A DNA stretch of 63,784 nucleotides, filler included, from Reticulomyxa filosa (lineage: Eukaryota > Protista > Foraminifera): assembly GCA_000512085.1 (NCBI GenBank). It is 20 parts of 20 records of this genome, joined end to end, with 100 filler letters (N's around TTAATTAATTAA, not from the genome) between each part and the next. Parts side by side here need not be neighbours in the genome. Positions count along the whole stretch, not along the records: positions 61,371 to 62,370 come from ASPP01036220.1; positions 62,471 to 63,784 come from ASPP01025403.1; 18 more parts are not named here. One strand, given 5' to 3'. The position numbers and the translations under genes are program-made. Shown here one piece after another: positions 61,800-63,784 of the stretch (position 1 is the stretch's first letter; every line of letters starts with the position of its first letter). The notes below the pieces were generated by a model, which had not been told where the DNA came from, searched no databases, and saw nothing but the letters and a program-made list of their open reading frames with translations.

Positions 61800-61930
61800 C
61801 ATCGCACATTTTTGAACACAAGCGGCCAGCTTTCCTTTGTTTCCTCTTTGTGTCAATTTACTGCAGATATTGTCACAAAGTATTCGTGTCGAGGTTTCAA
61901 GTTATCCAAAAATCCACATCGTACCCTCTT
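61800..61930 (-). pseudogene. Fibronectin type III domain remnant
   Basis: LDNLKPRHEYFVTISAVN* matches the FN3 LxP.txY.v.VxAvN signature; surrounded by stops. Confidence 0.45.
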
Positions 61931-63784
61931 TGATAGTAGCAACAACAGCTCCTTAATGATGAATGCGATAAGTGATGTCTTCCGAATCATTTTTGGAAAA
62001 ATTTGGCAGGCATGTAACTTTCTGATTGATATTTTTGAAATTGGGCCAGTCGATACACATTCGCACTGAAATCTCATAATTGCTGTTTTCTTTCAAGTCT
62101 TTCATGTCCATCATTAATCAATACCAAATCTTGCAAAAAGATTCCGATATGCGGAATTGTCATAAATTGCGATGTTTAAAATCACGAGAAATTGTTCAAA
62201 CTATTGTTTCTGTTTTTCAGGAACTTTCTGAGAACAAACAAACAAATAAATAAATAAAAAAGAATGAATGATTAAAAAAAAAATTAAATGACAATAATAA
62301 TAATAATTAGAATTAACTTCACAAGCCAATTTTAATCTATGAATAGCAGCAGAATTCAAAACATTGAAAANNNNNNNNNNNNNNNNNNNNNNNNNNNNNN
62401 NNNNNNNNNNNNNNTTAATTAATTAANNNNNNNNNNNNNNNNNNNNNNNNNNNNNNNNNNNNNNNNNNNNAATGCTAACATGTTTGTTTGTGTTGTGTGT
62501 TTGCATATACATATACATTATGTTAAAAAAAGATCATGTCAATTAATTAATTTCAAAGTATATTTTATTAGAATATTATTTTAATGTTTTTATATCATAG
62601 TTGATAGCCTTTTTTCATTTCCTTCAAAAACTTTAATACATACACTACGATGATGCTTGACATATTGCACCAATCGATTTCAACATTTTTCGATCTTGAA
62701 AAAACTGAGCAAATAGAATGATAAGAATTGATACTATGTTTCAAGCTTTGATTGAGTTTTTATTTTTCTTATCTTCCACGCCAATGAACAATTCATCACA
62801 TGGTATTGTATCACATGGAGTCGGTATACATAGCTCGATGTGATCTATCACTCAAATTTTGAAATGAGAGTCATACATGCCATGTGTGCTCACAAATAAC
62901 AATTATATTCACTTATCCAATTTCGACAATATTTTTCAGTTCAACACAAATAATACTGAAAATTCTTTGTGTTTGTACATTATGCTGGCCTCTTTTACAT
63001 TTAGTCATACACAAGCAAAACAAAAGATTTATACGTTGTGATTACAACACAGCAAAAAAAAAAAAGAATAATACATGAAAATAAAACAATGCTACATTTG
63101 TGAGGAATTGTTTAATTGAGCAACTCATTGTGGCAATCTTTTTATAAGCATGTTGTGGTGGATGTTGCAAATAATTTGCAATACCAGTTATAACGGATCG
63201 GCCATCATGAAATGAGTAGCTCTTTTGTGGAGGCATTTGGATTCATTCTGTCAATAAATGTTTCAACGGATAATCCGGATATTCTATCAATGACAAGTCG
63301 CCACTTAGTAGAGAAACGCACTTAGGTACTCGTATTGTAGACGAGTGGCAACGTATTTTCTGAAGGGGCTGTTTGCGTGTTCTTTTTTTTTGTTATGTAA
63401 AATGGTTGCACTCGAGGTACATCAAATAACACTGTTTCCGCCTATGCTTCCATCTTTTGCATTTACGTCCTGGTTGCTATATGGTTAATGATTTCCACAA
63501 TTTCGGATAGCTTTGCAAAATACCCGCGATCGTCAGCGACGGTAAAAAAAAAAAAAAAAAGACCATTGAGATTCCATGAGTCCATTTCAATACCAATTAT
63601 TTCAAGATTCGTCGCTCGCATTAATTTCACATGATCGTCGACTTTTACATATTTCACAGCAATCTTGTTGCAAATGATGTCTGATGTTTGTTCCAAGTTT
63701 TGCTTCACGTCGGCCAGTTTTTATTGGATTGAGTTTTTTCTCTTCTTTTTCTTTGAACAATGACTCATTGGCCGAAAAGTCATT

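Noticed and set aside
4292-62470. Recurring TTAATTAATTAA flanked by N runs as a repeat, CRISPR or element boundary
   Set aside because: Exactly 44+12+44 nt each time with stops in all frames: an artificial contig joiner.
60126-63784. Short ORFs in the last three contigs
   Set aside because: Apart from the FN3 remnant there is no recognisable motif; AT-rich non-coding or heavily decayed sequence.
1-63784. rRNA, tRNA, intact transposase or reverse-transcriptase genes
   Set aside because: None recognised by eye; covariance-model and repeat-library searches would be needed to exclude them.

Overview
AT-rich, intron-containing eukaryotic DNA. It is not one locus. It is 20 short assembly contigs joined by 19 artificial 100-bp spacers (N44-TTAATTAATTAA-N44), so adjacency across spacers has no biological meaning. 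The gene families (WD40 with a GWIxDFxK exon, kelch, TRAF-like zinc fingers, 42-aa TPRs, NACHT-pentapeptide-WD40, HEAT repeats, many decaying paralogues) resemble the foraminiferan Reticulomyxa filosa or a relative; this is inference. Recognisable genes: a tandem-GAF protein, the 3' half of a four-domain voltage-gated cation channel, kelch-WD40 and WD40 genes, a PB1-like/caspase-like/TPR gene, a PARG-like pseudogene, a NACHT-WD40 pseudogene, an MscS-like channel, a SAM-domain exon, TFIP11, a HEAT-ankyrin protein, two TRAF-like zinc-finger genes, a high-identity TPR array, a PPR-SMR-like protein, a type-B carboxylesterase, MPP10, an RNI-like LRR fragment and a CD36-family gene. Strongest leads: (1) an innate-immune-like toolkit, namely a pseudo-caspase-TPR fusion with a dead catalytic dyad, an NLR-like gene with a putative RelA/SpoT-type nucleotidyltransferase effector, and TPR arrays with site-specific hypervariability; (2) an inverted intron architecture with U-rich 5' halves, A-rich acceptors and GTT donors; (3) a non-canonical channel selectivity filter; (4) a perfect 42-bp palindrome. 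All domain calls are by-eye motif recognition; no searches were run.
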